Assembly: GCA_002457155.1 (NCBI GenBank) | Contig: NTJS01000005.1 | Location: 1,694-65,693 of the forward strand | Length of the DNA: 64,000 bases | Direction: 5' to 3' | Origin: Marine Group II euryarchaeote MED-G35 | GTDB lineage: Archaea > Thermoplasmatota > Poseidoniia > Poseidoniales > Thalassarchaeaceae | Shown: one piece after another, positions 1-9,216 of the stretch | Position numbering within the stretch: position 1 is the stretch's first letter | How the letters are laid out: each line of letters begins with the position of its first letter | Notes under the pieces: model-generated | The model's database searches: none | What the model saw: the letters and a program-made list of their open reading frames with translations, nothing else | Told to the model about the DNA's origin: nothing | Translations under genes and position numbers: made by a program

Positions 1-1
1 G

Positions 2-388
2 CTATTGTCCACCGATAATGGCCTTGACTCACTACTCAGCGGGAACATCGAAGCCGGCAAAGAAAAGGATGCGAACCTGAAAGTAACGGCCTCGGAGAGC
101 CATCCCAAGAGGCATTGTGACATCACGGTGACAGTGACCTCAAAGAGAGAAATGAGCGGAGGGGGAAATGCCATCGCAGAGGGAGAAGTCAGAGTCACAG
201 TTGAACCTCCCCCAACAGGGGATTCGGGTTCCAGTAACCAGGGAGATGGCAGTAGCAATTCAGAGGATTCAATTGAGTCTAATCTGCCTGCTCCAGGGGT
301 GATTGTGACTATCTCTGGGTTGCTATGGGCACTATTCTTCCCCAGAGATGAAAGCGAAAGAAAAATCTTGAGGAAAACGCGATACTAA
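2..388 (+). CDS. 3' end of a larger secreted/surface protein (partial, continues upstream of window)
   Basis: The reading frame is open from the window edge. A Ser/Gly/Asp-rich linker (PPPTGDSGSSNQGDGSSNSEDS) is followed by a hydrophobic helix (VIVTISGLLWALFF) and basic residues, which fits a C-terminal membrane anchor. Confidence 0.4.
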   Translation, partial: LLSTDNGLDSLLSGNIEAGKEKDANLKVTASESHPKRHCDITVTVTSKREMSGGGNAIAEGEVRVTVEPPPTGDSGSSNQGDGSSNSEDSIESNLPAPGVIVTISGLLWALFFPRDESERKILRKTRY

Positions 389-488
389 CGAGAAGCACGA
401 ACTTGACTCAGCAACATATAACCGTGATTTGAATGTCCGACAGATGTTGCTTGGGCCAACGGGGCAGCTTGGAGAGGGGTCTTGAAGA

Positions 489-2099
489 ATGCCAGAAGAA
501 GTAGATGGTGAGGCTCGGTTCAATAGAAACGTCATGTATGCCTTGGTAATTACATCAATAATGCTCCTTGTTCTGCCCATGTTTTTCGTCATTGGAAAGT
601 CCACCAATTACTCAGCGTACGATGATAGCGGCCTAGGACAATTATCCGATATGAGGGATAGTTTCGAAGAAGGGTATGTGGAGAACAGGGACGAAGGTTA
701 CTATGTCGCTAACACAATGTCTACCCCAATGCTTGTCAATGACTGGAAAGACCCTCATCGCACATTACTGACGATTATCGCACCCGAGAAGCCAATCGAT
801 CAAACGGAAGCAGACGAAATTTTCCGCTTTGTCACGGAAAAGGGAGGGAAGGTAATAGTTGCAGCCGACAACACTCAAGCCCATAACCTGGCCATATTAT
901 TTGGCGTCAGGTACATGGATGCACCATTGAAAGACGATAAGCAGCATTGGGTTTACACGCAACAATCTGAGCAATTCATCGACTGGGGCAACGTTTGGAG
1001 CGCATCCCCAGTAAACCAGGACATAGACGATATGTCCCCTGGGGCACTAATGCAGGGTTGCACATCATTCCAAATTCAGAATCCAGACGGGTTGAACGAT
1101 TGCAGGATACCAGTGATGTACAAGGGCCCAACTGGAATGATGTTTGAGGCTACAGACAAGGATCTTGAAGACCCAGGGCACAGGGAAATAATGACACTTG
1201 GCAGGGCTTCTCCCTCTGCCTTTATTGACAGAGTCGGAAATGGCGATCCAACAAATCCTGAGAATCCTGCTACGGGAGATCTGAGGCTAATGATGAGGTT
1301 CGACTACCCGGGAATAAAGGTCCTCGACAAGGTTGCTGATGAAGGTAGGGGAGCGTTCTCAGCTGGTGTAGGAGAATTGGAAGTTACGGGCAGTATAGTT
1401 TTCGTTTCTGATGATGAGGCTTTCTCGAATTTGCTGTGGGAGTTAGGAGTAGCACAGGATCAAGGACTAAGTCAAGACTGCTCGGCTATCGGAGATTATA
1501 CGAGAAACAACTGCTGGACCCAAGAAATCCTGAATAACAACGATTGGGGGGGAAATGAGAGGTTCTTCAGACTCCTAGTCTACGACATGATGGAATTTGA
1601 CAATGTAGACCTTAATGCGCCAATAAGATCTGATCCGGGTAACTTCCAAATTGTATTTGATGAGAGCAGGCACGTGACAGGTGTGCTCTCAGAGCCATTC
1701 GTTCAGACTATGGGTACGGTCGTACTCCTTACATCCAACCAGTTCCTGAAGTGGTTGGTAGTACTCAATGTAGCTCTACTACTACTCGTAGCCATGATGG
1801 TGGTCCCTGAGAAGGAGAACTGGAGACACGTTTTCGACCTAACAAAATTCAACCAGCGGCCTGAGAAGCTAGATCCTGCATCGTATAGGGATAGAGTGAG
1901 GAGGGCACTTCTTACCAAGGTTAGGATTCACCATGATTTGACTCGGGATGAGATGGCAATGAGGCCACCACCTGAAGTTCAGGCTATGATAGGAGATCCC
2001 CGTCTTGTGGAATTGGCTTATAGCCAAAGCCGGACGTACACGCCGCAAGAGTTGCGCAAGTTGATGCAAACCATTCGCCGATGGGGAAAAAATAACTAA
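489..2099 (+). CDS. Bitopic/two-TM membrane protein with a large extracytoplasmic domain, possibly DUF4350-like partner of MoxR/DUF58
   Basis: ATG start. N-terminal TM (YALVITSIMLLVLPMFFVIG), about 400 aa of soluble domain, a second TM (VVLNVALLLLVAMMVV) and a basic tail. It lies 8 nt upstream of the MoxR gene. The family guess rests on topology and operon position only. Confidence 0.5.
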   Translation: MPEEVDGEARFNRNVMYALVITSIMLLVLPMFFVIGKSTNYSAYDDSGLGQLSDMRDSFEEGYVENRDEGYYVANTMSTPMLVNDWKDPHRTLLTIIAPEKPIDQTEADEIFRFVTEKGGKVIVAADNTQAHNLAILFGVRYMDAPLKDDKQHWVYTQQSEQFIDWGNVWSASPVNQDIDDMSPGALMQGCTSFQIQNPDGLNDCRIPVMYKGPTGMMFEATDKDLEDPGHREIMTLGRASPSAFIDRVGNGDPTNPENPATGDLRLMMRFDYPGIKVLDKVADEGRGAFSAGVGELEVTGSIVFVSDDEAFSNLLWELGVAQDQGLSQDCSAIGDYTRNNCWTQEILNNNDWGGNERFFRLLVYDMMEFDNVDLNAPIRSDPGNFQIVFDESRHVTGVLSEPFVQTMGTVVLLTSNQFLKWLVVLNVALLLLVAMMVVPEKENWRHVFDLTKFNQRPEKLDPASYRDRVRRALLTKVRIHHDLTRDEMAMRPPPEVQAMIGDPRLVELAYSQSRTYTPQELRKLMQTIRRWGKNN

Positions 2100-2107
2100 C
2101 AAATGGA

Positions 2108-3181
2108 GTGAAAAAAATGAGTGAAACAGAACCAGCAAGAGGGATGCAGGCACCCGGCTCGGGTGCACACGATGCAGTTTTGGCCAAAAAGGCGCAAGAG
2201 GCACGTGGATCGAGTAAAAAAGACGAGGTATTGGCCGCCACCGGAGCAATGGGGCAGGCAATCAGTACAGAAGTCCAGAAAGTAATCATTGGAAAGGCGC
2301 ATGTGATTGACAACGTCATGGTGGACATCCTGTCGAATGGAAATCTTCTGTTCGAAGATTTTCCTGGTCTGGCTAAGACTCTGATGACCAACACCTTCGC
2401 AGATGCACTCGGATGCGATTTCAAGAGAGTTCAATTCACTCCTGACTTGCTTCCAGCGGACATTACGGGGACCAACATATATGATGCAAAGAAAGGAGAG
2501 TTCACCTTCAAGCCGGGTCCCATTTTCTGCAATCTTCTACTCTCGGACGAGATCAACAGAGCACCTCCGAAGACTCAGGCCGCTCTTCTGGAGGCCATGC
2601 AAGAGAAGCAAGTAACTATCGGGGTTGTCACGCACAAGCTTCCTGCGCCTTTCCTAACGATGGCTACTCAGAACCCAGTCGAGCAAGAAGGGACATACCC
2701 ACTCCCAGAGGCTCAACTTGACAGATTCATGATGAAGATGATGGTTGGCTACCCAGACAGGGCTGACGAGAATGAGATTCTGCAGAGAAGGATCAACCGT
2801 AAGACCGACGAGGTAGACGTCAACAGCATTACAGACCCAAGCATCGTAGTCAAGATGCAACAGTCCTGCGAAGAGGTGTATGTGGACAGGTCAGTCAGAG
2901 AATACATGGTGGACATAGTTGCTAGGACCAGAGAGGACCCAAGAGTGCTCGTTGGTTCTTCCCCTCGAGGTTCGCAAGCACTATTGAAGACCGGTAGAGC
3001 GGTTGCAGCCATGCGTGGAAGGGACTTCGTCACTCCTGATGACGTGAAGTCAGTTGCAGAACTGGCAGTTGCCCACAGAATCATCCTAAAGCCAGAGCAT
3101 CAGATTAAGGGACTGGAAACCGGTGAGGTCGTCCGAGATATTCTACATGGGAAGAATGCAGCGAATGTCCCGACCGTCTGA
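2108..3181 (+). CDS. moxR: MoxR-family AAA+ ATPase
   Basis: MoxR-type Walker A (FPGLAKT), Walker B/sensor block (LLSDEINRAPPKTQAALLEAMQE) and a downstream GSSPRGS motif. The start is either GTG 2108 or ATG 2117. Confidence 0.9.
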   Translation: MKKMSETEPARGMQAPGSGAHDAVLAKKAQEARGSSKKDEVLAATGAMGQAISTEVQKVIIGKAHVIDNVMVDILSNGNLLFEDFPGLAKTLMTNTFADALGCDFKRVQFTPDLLPADITGTNIYDAKKGEFTFKPGPIFCNLLLSDEINRAPPKTQAALLEAMQEKQVTIGVVTHKLPAPFLTMATQNPVEQEGTYPLPEAQLDRFMMKMMVGYPDRADENEILQRRINRKTDEVDVNSITDPSIVVKMQQSCEEVYVDRSVREYMVDIVARTREDPRVLVGSSPRGSQALLKTGRAVAAMRGRDFVTPDDVKSVAELAVAHRIILKPEHQIKGLETGEVVRDILHGKNAANVPTV

Positions 3182-3200
3182 GTGATGTCGAGGTGGAAAT

Positions 3201-4520
3201 GTGGCCTGGAGCCGAAAGTCAGCGATGTTCGCATCTCTTTCGGTAGCGATGTATCTCCTGGGCCTAGTTCTGCGCAACCAGCAACTTGTGACAGTTGCTG
3301 TGGTTCTACTTTCATTCCTGACATGGGCGGCCCTGAGGACATCCCATGGTGACGTTGCTTCTTCGGGAAGGAGAGTGGAAGAGGCGGTCATGGACGAGGG
3401 AGTTCAACTTCAGAGCATCGTAGCGATGAGGAAGACTTCGAGCTCCAGAGTTTTCGAGGATGGGGAGATTGACGTAACCCTGAGGATCCAGAACAGATCG
3501 AGCATGGCCAAAGTGCTCGAGCTACGAGACAGGGTTCCAGAGGTTATGAGGATCAAGAAGGGAGCTAACTACGTTCTAATGGAAATCGGCCCTAAAAGAG
3601 AGACTGAGATTTCCTACACCATCGAGACCCCACTCAGGGGCTTCTACACGATTGGCCCTGTATGCATCAGAGTTCAGGACGAGCTTGGCCTCTTCCACAA
3701 TGAGAAAGAGGTTCAGCTCTACGACGACTTCTTGGTTTTCCCGAAGATGGAGGACATCAAAGACGCGATGATCAAGAGTAGGGTGCCTAAGATTTTCACC
3801 GGAGCAGTGAACATCAGGAATCCAGGCGAGGGGTCAAATTTCTACAACCTTAGGGAGTACCTCCCAGGTGACCCGATGAGGAAAATTAACTGGAATGCTA
3901 CAGCAAGGCAAGATGGCAAGATGATGGTTAACGAGTTCGAAAGGGATGCCGTGAGCGATGTAATCATCCTAGTAGATAGCAGATCAGTTAGCGAAACTGG
4001 ACCTGTGAGCAGAAATTCACTCGTTTACAGCACAAGGGCAGCGGCCAGCCTAACCCAGCACTTCCTTTCGAGGAGGGACTCTGTTGGATTAGTTGTCTAC
4101 GGGGACGAAATTGTCTCTGTGGACAGGGATACCGGGAAGAAGCAATTGTATGTCATCTTGACCAAGTTAGCCGGAGCGATGGCAAAGGGCAACACGCCTC
4201 TCAAGATTGTGACCACGAGGATTATGCCCCACATTCATCGAGGGAGCCCAATCATCATCCTGTCCCCCCTAGAGGACGACCCGACGATTGTGGATGCGGT
4301 GAGAGATCTCAGGTCTAGGAACTTCGAAGTTACTGTCCTCTCCCCAAGTAGCCTTGAGTTCGAATTCGATGCTAGAAGGATAGACAGGACGGGGTATGAA
4401 GTCCTAAAAACTGAGAGGGACATCTTGATGACCGAACTCAGAGGTTTGGGTGCTTATGTGATGGACTGGGAGCCTGACATGTTGCTCTTCACGGCATTGG
4501 CTGGAGCAAGGGGTTTCTGA
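3201..4520 (+). CDS. DUF58 domain protein (vWA-like partner of MoxR)
   Basis: Two N-terminal TM helices. DUF58 signature NLREYLPGDPMRKINWNATAR followed by a vWA-like beta strand (VIILVDSR). It lies directly after moxR. The exact start is uncertain (GTG 3201 or ATG 3225). Confidence 0.85.
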   Translation: MAWSRKSAMFASLSVAMYLLGLVLRNQQLVTVAVVLLSFLTWAALRTSHGDVASSGRRVEEAVMDEGVQLQSIVAMRKTSSSRVFEDGEIDVTLRIQNRSSMAKVLELRDRVPEVMRIKKGANYVLMEIGPKRETEISYTIETPLRGFYTIGPVCIRVQDELGLFHNEKEVQLYDDFLVFPKMEDIKDAMIKSRVPKIFTGAVNIRNPGEGSNFYNLREYLPGDPMRKINWNATARQDGKMMVNEFERDAVSDVIILVDSRSVSETGPVSRNSLVYSTRAAASLTQHFLSRRDSVGLVVYGDEIVSVDRDTGKKQLYVILTKLAGAMAKGNTPLKIVTTRIMPHIHRGSPIIILSPLEDDPTIVDAVRDLRSRNFEVTVLSPSSLEFEFDARRIDRTGYEVLKTERDILMTELRGLGAYVMDWEPDMLLFTALAGARGF

Positions 4521-4533
4521 GGTAGGTGATTAG

Positions 4534-5463
4534 ATGGCAGAACAAGGAGGCAAGGGACCAGTAGACACCTCTCACTTGTACGATGGGAAGGTTGTGAGAT
4601 CTTCCGCACCCAGCAGGAAGAAGGCCGCAGGGACCCTGAAGGCTGACTCTGGGATTCCTGATGATGCAGTTCCAGAAGTATCGATTCCTAATTGGATAGA
4701 TGCAATCTTCGGGGGTCCAGTGCTGGTTAATCGGGAGTTTGTTTCGCCAAATAGAATGGTCCTAAACCTCCAAATGGGTGCGATTGGATCCCTCCTAGTC
4801 CTAGGTTTCCTAACATTCATGCTCACCCCAGTTTCGGGTACGGCATGGTTTGCTCTAACTAACATGTTTGGAATTGGCTTCCTAGGTCTGTGGCTTCACC
4901 TGTTGCTGATCCTTGTTGGACTGATATCTGGATTCTGGGGAGTGTGGCAGAGGGATCAACGGGCAATGCTACTGTCATACGTGGCCCTCATTCTAGTGAC
5001 GATCAGGTTCGCAGGTAGCAAGGTGGAGTTTGGCCTGAGTTTCCTTCCGGAGAACGAGGTTATTCAGAAACTGCTCCTAATCCTCTATGCTGTTTTCCTT
5101 GTCGTGTATATGGAGATATCAAGCGCAGTTATTCGTTTTTCCATGCTGGATACCTCGATCAGAACTGGAGAGGTTTACGTAATGAATGTAAAAGGCATCA
5201 CTGATAGGTACAACAGGGCATTGGGGTATACCCCAGCAGTTGCAGCAGTGGTGGCAACCCTCACCCTCTTCATCAATTTCTTTGTCCCTCTTTTCGTTCG
5301 GATTCTTGACCCTGTGGCTGCAAATAGGCTCGAGGAAAGTGTGGAGTTGACAAGCGTTTACGGAGTTGCTCTGGGGACTATCCTAGTGTTCATTGTGATT
5401 GCCTCGATGTTCGCAATCAACCTTCCTCTGAGAATTCAAGAGTACCTTGAGAAGCGAGCCTGA
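4534..5463 (+). CDS. Polytopic membrane protein, last gene of the MoxR-DUF58 module
   Basis: ATG start 13 nt after the DUF58 stop. About 60 aa of cytoplasmic N-terminus, then multiple hydrophobic helices. No family recognised. Confidence 0.6.
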   Translation: MAEQGGKGPVDTSHLYDGKVVRSSAPSRKKAAGTLKADSGIPDDAVPEVSIPNWIDAIFGGPVLVNREFVSPNRMVLNLQMGAIGSLLVLGFLTFMLTPVSGTAWFALTNMFGIGFLGLWLHLLLILVGLISGFWGVWQRDQRAMLLSYVALILVTIRFAGSKVEFGLSFLPENEVIQKLLLILYAVFLVVYMEISSAVIRFSMLDTSIRTGEVYVMNVKGITDRYNRALGYTPAVAAVVATLTLFINFFVPLFVRILDPVAANRLEESVELTSVYGVALGTILVFIVIASMFAINLPLRIQEYLEKRA

Positions 5464-6558
5464 TCACAGGAATCCGCCCATCAAACCCAAGTCAACGATA
5501 ACAAGCATTGCAACAGCCTCTACGACAGGGGCAGCTCTTGGCCCGATAACTGGATCATGCCTCCCTCCAACCTTGAGTGGTTTGGTTTCGTTGCTTGGGA
5601 GGTGGAGCGTAAACTGCTCCCGAGGAAGGCTACTGGGGGGTTTGAAGTGAACCAGTACCCTAATCGGAGACCCGGTCGATCTCCCCCCCAGAGCCCCGTC
5701 TGCTTCACCAGTATCCGCACCTTCCAACTGTGGGGAGTCGGGTCCCGGTATCCACATGTCATTGTTCTCAGAACCCCTCATCTGCGAGGATGCGACTCCA
5801 TTCGAAAACTCGATTGCTCTGGCTCCGGGAATAGCCATCAGACCTCTGGCAAGAGATGGCTCGATGCCATCGAACCAAGGTTCTCCGACACCAATTGGTA
5901 GCCCCTGAATCAGCAACTCAACGACAGAGCCGATGGAATCCTTCTCCCTCCGAATACGTTTGATCAAATCTGCCATTCTTGGAGCCGCTTCGGGGTCACG
6001 ACAATTGAGCCTGGTCATTTCGGACTCCTCTCCAATTGGTTCTGATTTTTCTAATTCCATTAGTGGCCTTGCAGAGATGTCCCCGACTCTGCTTAGATGG
6101 GCATGACAAGACCATCCGGCGTTTTCCAATATTGTCCTGGCTTGGCTTCCTGCTGATACCAGGCCCAAAGTGAGCCTGGCGGATTGGGAACCGCCGCCAC
6201 GGAGGTCGCTGGACCCCTTGGATCTAATCTCCTCCACCATATCTGCGTGACCAGGACGAGGATGATCGGGGAGGAAATCATAGTCAGATGACCTAGCATC
6301 TGAATTCTGAACTAACATCAGAAGTGGCCATCCAGTTGCTTTCCCCTCGTAGATACCAGATAGGATCTCACAGTCATCGGGCTCCAGTCGTGCTGACATT
6401 CCCTTCCTTCCAGGCCTTCTCCGAGACAAATCATCAGAAAGAGCCTGCAAATCAATTTCTGTTCCGGGAGGGATTCCCTCGACTAAAGCGCCAACACACT
6501 TTCCATGACTCTCGCCGAATAGTGTCACCTTCAACTGATCACCTAATCCCATCCCCAT
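5464..6558 (-). CDS. aroC: Chorismate synthase
   Basis: Motifs LFGESHGKCVGALVEGIPPG, RRRPG and RHDPV. The start is set at ATG 6558-6556 (MGMGLGD), which shares one nucleotide with the TGA of the upstream gene. The 37-codon extension in the ORF track would overlap that gene. Confidence 0.9.
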   Translation of the reverse strand: MGMGLGDQLKVTLFGESHGKCVGALVEGIPPGTEIDLQALSDDLSRRRPGRKGMSARLEPDDCEILSGIYEGKATGWPLLMLVQNSDARSSDYDFLPDHPRPGHADMVEEIRSKGSSDLRGGGSQSARLTLGLVSAGSQARTILENAGWSCHAHLSRVGDISARPLMELEKSEPIGEESEMTRLNCRDPEAAPRMADLIKRIRREKDSIGSVVELLIQGLPIGVGEPWFDGIEPSLARGLMAIPGARAIEFSNGVASSQMRGSENNDMWIPGPDSPQLEGADTGEADGALGGRSTGSPIRVLVHFKPPSSLPREQFTLHLPSNETKPLKVGGRHDPVIGPRAAPVVEAVAMLVIVDLGLMGGFL

Positions 6559-7415
6559 CAGGACACCTCCTCGATGGGGGAAACATTGCTTGCAAAACGG
6601 GTATGAATCGTGAGAAGGCCCCTGTCTTCGATAATTTCGGATATTGATTCTGTGTCGTCTTCGAAGCAAACTATTGCAATTGCCGGACCCGAACCACTGA
6701 TTCCAGAAGCAATGGCGCCCGATGCGATGCAGAGATTGCTGAGCCTCAGAGCCTCGTGATCGCCCGTGGCTGCAGAAACTGCCATTCCATTTGACGAGAG
6801 TGAATCCAGAGCGGCCCCGCTCATTATGGATGCCAATGATCTCTCGAAGATCTGATGCTGCTCTGAGAATCTGGTTTGTGAGATTTCTACCGAACGCTGT
6901 CCCCTAAGGCACACTATTACCGACAGACTGTCATCCATCGTACCTTGGATGATTATGGAATCGGAGGCGCCCATAGTTGGATCGACGAGTTTCCACCCGG
7001 GTTCTAGAGACGCCCAATTGTCATCCATGCTTCCTGTGATGGCGCAATTTGACATCAACTGGGACTTGGCCGCGAGATCTGCTATTTCTGAATTGGATAG
7101 TCCCGTCCAAGCGTAAGAATTCAGAGCTCTGAAGGCCGCGCATGAGAGGGCTGAACTGGACTTGAGTCCTTGCCCTATTGGGACCATGCTCTCTATCTTC
7201 CATCCGAATTCGTCTGGAATTGGCAGTCCCTCCCCCCTCCAGCAAGACTCGACTGAATCTAGAAGTCCATGCCTGTCATCATTTACTTCGTTACGCTCAT
7301 CTATAATCTGGACCTCGGTTTCTAACTGAATTCCTACTGAGCATCCTCTGCCTGTCCCCAAAGCATGGAGAATTGAGATGGCGCCATTGGCCCTACCTGA
7401 ACCAAGGACATTCAC
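6558..7415 (-). CDS. aroK: Archaeal GHMP-type shikimate kinase
   Basis: GHMP phosphate-binding motif (PIGQGLKSSSALSCAA) and C-terminal ASGISGSGPAIAIV. The GTG start overlaps the upstream stop as GTGA. It lies between DHQ synthase II and aroC. Confidence 0.8.
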   Translation of the reverse strand: MNVLGSGRANGAISILHALGTGRGCSVGIQLETEVQIIDERNEVNDDRHGLLDSVESCWRGEGLPIPDEFGWKIESMVPIGQGLKSSSALSCAAFRALNSYAWTGLSNSEIADLAAKSQLMSNCAITGSMDDNWASLEPGWKLVDPTMGASDSIIIQGTMDDSLSVIVCLRGQRSVEISQTRFSEQHQIFERSLASIMSGAALDSLSSNGMAVSAATGDHEALRLSNLCIASGAIASGISGSGPAIAIVCFEDDTESISEIIEDRGLLTIHTRFASNVSPIEEVS

Positions 7416-8344
7416 TTCTCTTTCACCTCTGCGGGGAGTGCGAAGCCAACGTGTCTTGCCCTATTGTCAGTGAGTATGGAAATCTTGTCACCTTCTTTCG
7501 CCTGAGTAACTGAAATCGCCCCCTCGCTGGGAGAAATCAATCTCACGGTCTCTGCTTGCTGTACCACTATTTGCCCCTCCGAACCTGGGACTTCGAATCT
7601 AATCAATATTAGGGGCCGAGTCTCTACTTTCAATCGCCCGACTGTGGCCTTCTCTTTGTTGCCGGAAGATGACAATATCGCAACTTCATCGCCAGAGGTC
7701 AATTCGCTCAGATACTTGGTTTTCCCATCTGCCATTAGGGCATAAGAGTGGATTGCCCCTGCATTTACTCTAAACGGACGAGTGGGCACGTAATCCGATT
7801 GAATTGTCTCTCCGTGGATTAGGCAAAGGTTACCTGAAATTGAACCGACTGCCATCCCCTGGCCATCACTAATCCTCCTTGTTAGGTCTACGCACACTCT
7901 TTCTCCCACTCCAGCTCCTTCGATTGACAAAATTCTAGCTTCTTCGATGATGGCCCCGTCATCTTGGGTTTCCTCCATATCCCACTTCCCTCCGAGGATT
8001 GTAACAGCATCATCAACCAGATGGCCGGGCACTAGGATGGCGTCTACTCCCCCTCCCAGCGCAAATGCTGCACCGTTTAGTTCGACTTCTTCACCAATTG
8101 TTGCAGCGATTCTGGTACTCGTTCCTCTGGATGCTGCAACTAGATTCTCCAATGGAACCATGGTCCAGTCCGAGCATCGAACCAGTAACCATGGAACTAA
8201 TCCAATGAGGGACAATGCTTCTTCCTGATCTGAAGGGTCATCGATTTGGACTTCCGAGACATCTTCAGAGAACCCATCCCAGAATCGGCTAACTACATCC
8301 CTGTTGGAGGACTCTTCATCGCTGGATTGGCACCAAATCTGCAT
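7412..8344 (-). CDS. aroB': 3-dehydroquinate synthase II (archaeal type)
   Basis: Blocks recalled from Methanocaldococcus DHQS-II: DWTMVPLENLVA, GERVCVD, TRPFRVNAGAIHSY, KTKYLSEL and GRLKVETRPL. Confidence 0.85.
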   Translation of the reverse strand: MQIWCQSSDEESSNRDVVSRFWDGFSEDVSEVQIDDPSDQEEALSLIGLVPWLLVRCSDWTMVPLENLVAASRGTSTRIAATIGEEVELNGAAFALGGGVDAILVPGHLVDDAVTILGGKWDMEETQDDGAIIEEARILSIEGAGVGERVCVDLTRRISDGQGMAVGSISGNLCLIHGETIQSDYVPTRPFRVNAGAIHSYALMADGKTKYLSELTSGDEVAILSSSGNKEKATVGRLKVETRPLILIRFEVPGSEGQIVVQQAETVRLISPSEGAISVTQAKEGDKISILTDNRARHVGFALPAEVKEK

Positions 8345-8348
8345 CTTT

Positions 8349-9143
8349 TCACCTCAGAAGCCTTGCTGCCTCTTCTGCGGATGCCCCATCATGTACTATT
8401 GCCCTTAGGGATCTGATGTGGGACGCAGGATCTTCTGCAGCGAATACATGTCTTCCCATACATACGCCTGACCCCCCCGCGTTGACTGACTGCTCGACCA
8501 TTTCTAGGATCTGTGAGAATTCGACCTCTCTTGCCCCTCCAGAAACTAGAATGGGTATCGGTACTGAAGAGGTAACGGTTCTGAAGGATTCTTCCGAGCC
8601 GGTCCATGGGACCTTGACAACATTGCAACCCAATTCCCATGCTAGCCTTGCAGCATGTGCAACTCCCATGGTTGGGTCTGATGGGTCAAGTCTCAGATTG
8701 GGACCCCTAGGATAGAACATCCCCAGCACTGGGAGTTCAACCTCGAGGGCCTCGGAGGTAATATTGGACATACGAAGAATCATCTCTGGTTCTGCTTGAT
8801 CTCCGAGGTTTACCTGGCCAGACATTCCAATTGCCCCTCTCGAAAGGCTCTCTCTGGCAGTGGAGACCGTGATCTTTTCCTGGGAACGGGATCCACCATG
8901 GATGGTTGACATGGATGAATGGCAGACAAATCTGCTCCAAGCAGTTCTTGCAAAATGATAGGACAATGGGCCCTTATGCAGCACTATTGCGTCTGCACCC
9001 CCCTCAATTGCTGAATCGACTGCTGAATCGCTGTCCATCAACCCCGGCTCTGGGAATGCGGATGCGCTGTGGTCCATGGGGACCCAAACTCCCCTGCCTC
9101 CCGGAAGGAGGGTTTCCAAGCGGTTTGCTAGTGCATCGGCCAC
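8349..9143 (-). CDS. aroA': 2-amino-3,7-dideoxy-D-threo-hept-6-ulosonate (ADH) synthase, DhnA-type class I aldolase
   Basis: Motifs VPMDH, GADAIVLHKG, YPRG, AHAARLAWELGCNVVKVPWTG (Schiff-base Lys block) and VSGG. It lies immediately upstream of DHQS-II, which favours ADHS over fructose-bisphosphate aldolase. Confidence 0.75.
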   Translation of the reverse strand: MADALANRLETLLPGGRGVWVPMDHSASAFPEPGLMDSDSAVDSAIEGGADAIVLHKGPLSYHFARTAWSRFVCHSSMSTIHGGSRSQEKITVSTARESLSRGAIGMSGQVNLGDQAEPEMILRMSNITSEALEVELPVLGMFYPRGPNLRLDPSDPTMGVAHAARLAWELGCNVVKVPWTGSEESFRTVTSSVPIPILVSGGAREVEFSQILEMVEQSVNAGGSGVCMGRHVFAAEDPASHIRSLRAIVHDGASAEEAARLLR

Positions 9144-9216
9144 GTATTATCGCCAATGTCCACTCTCTTGAATGGTCCCGTTGCATCTTGTCCGAGTTTC
9201 TTAGGCGATTTGTTTG

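Noticed and set aside
300-388. The C-terminus of the partial surface protein (LPAPGVIVTISGLLWALFFPRDE), considered as a PGF-CTERM archaeosortase signal.
   Set aside because: It has PGV rather than the PGF tripeptide. The other anchored proteins in the window do not share it, and no archaeosortase gene is visible here. It is kept only as a generic C-terminal TM anchor.
5464-6669. Long version of the chorismate synthase ORF (401 aa) starting at 6669.
   Set aside because: The extra 37 codons overlap the 3' end of the shikimate kinase gene and encode an Arg-rich peptide that is not conserved-looking. The family-typical N-terminus MGxGxxL..TLFGESHG begins at ATG 6558.
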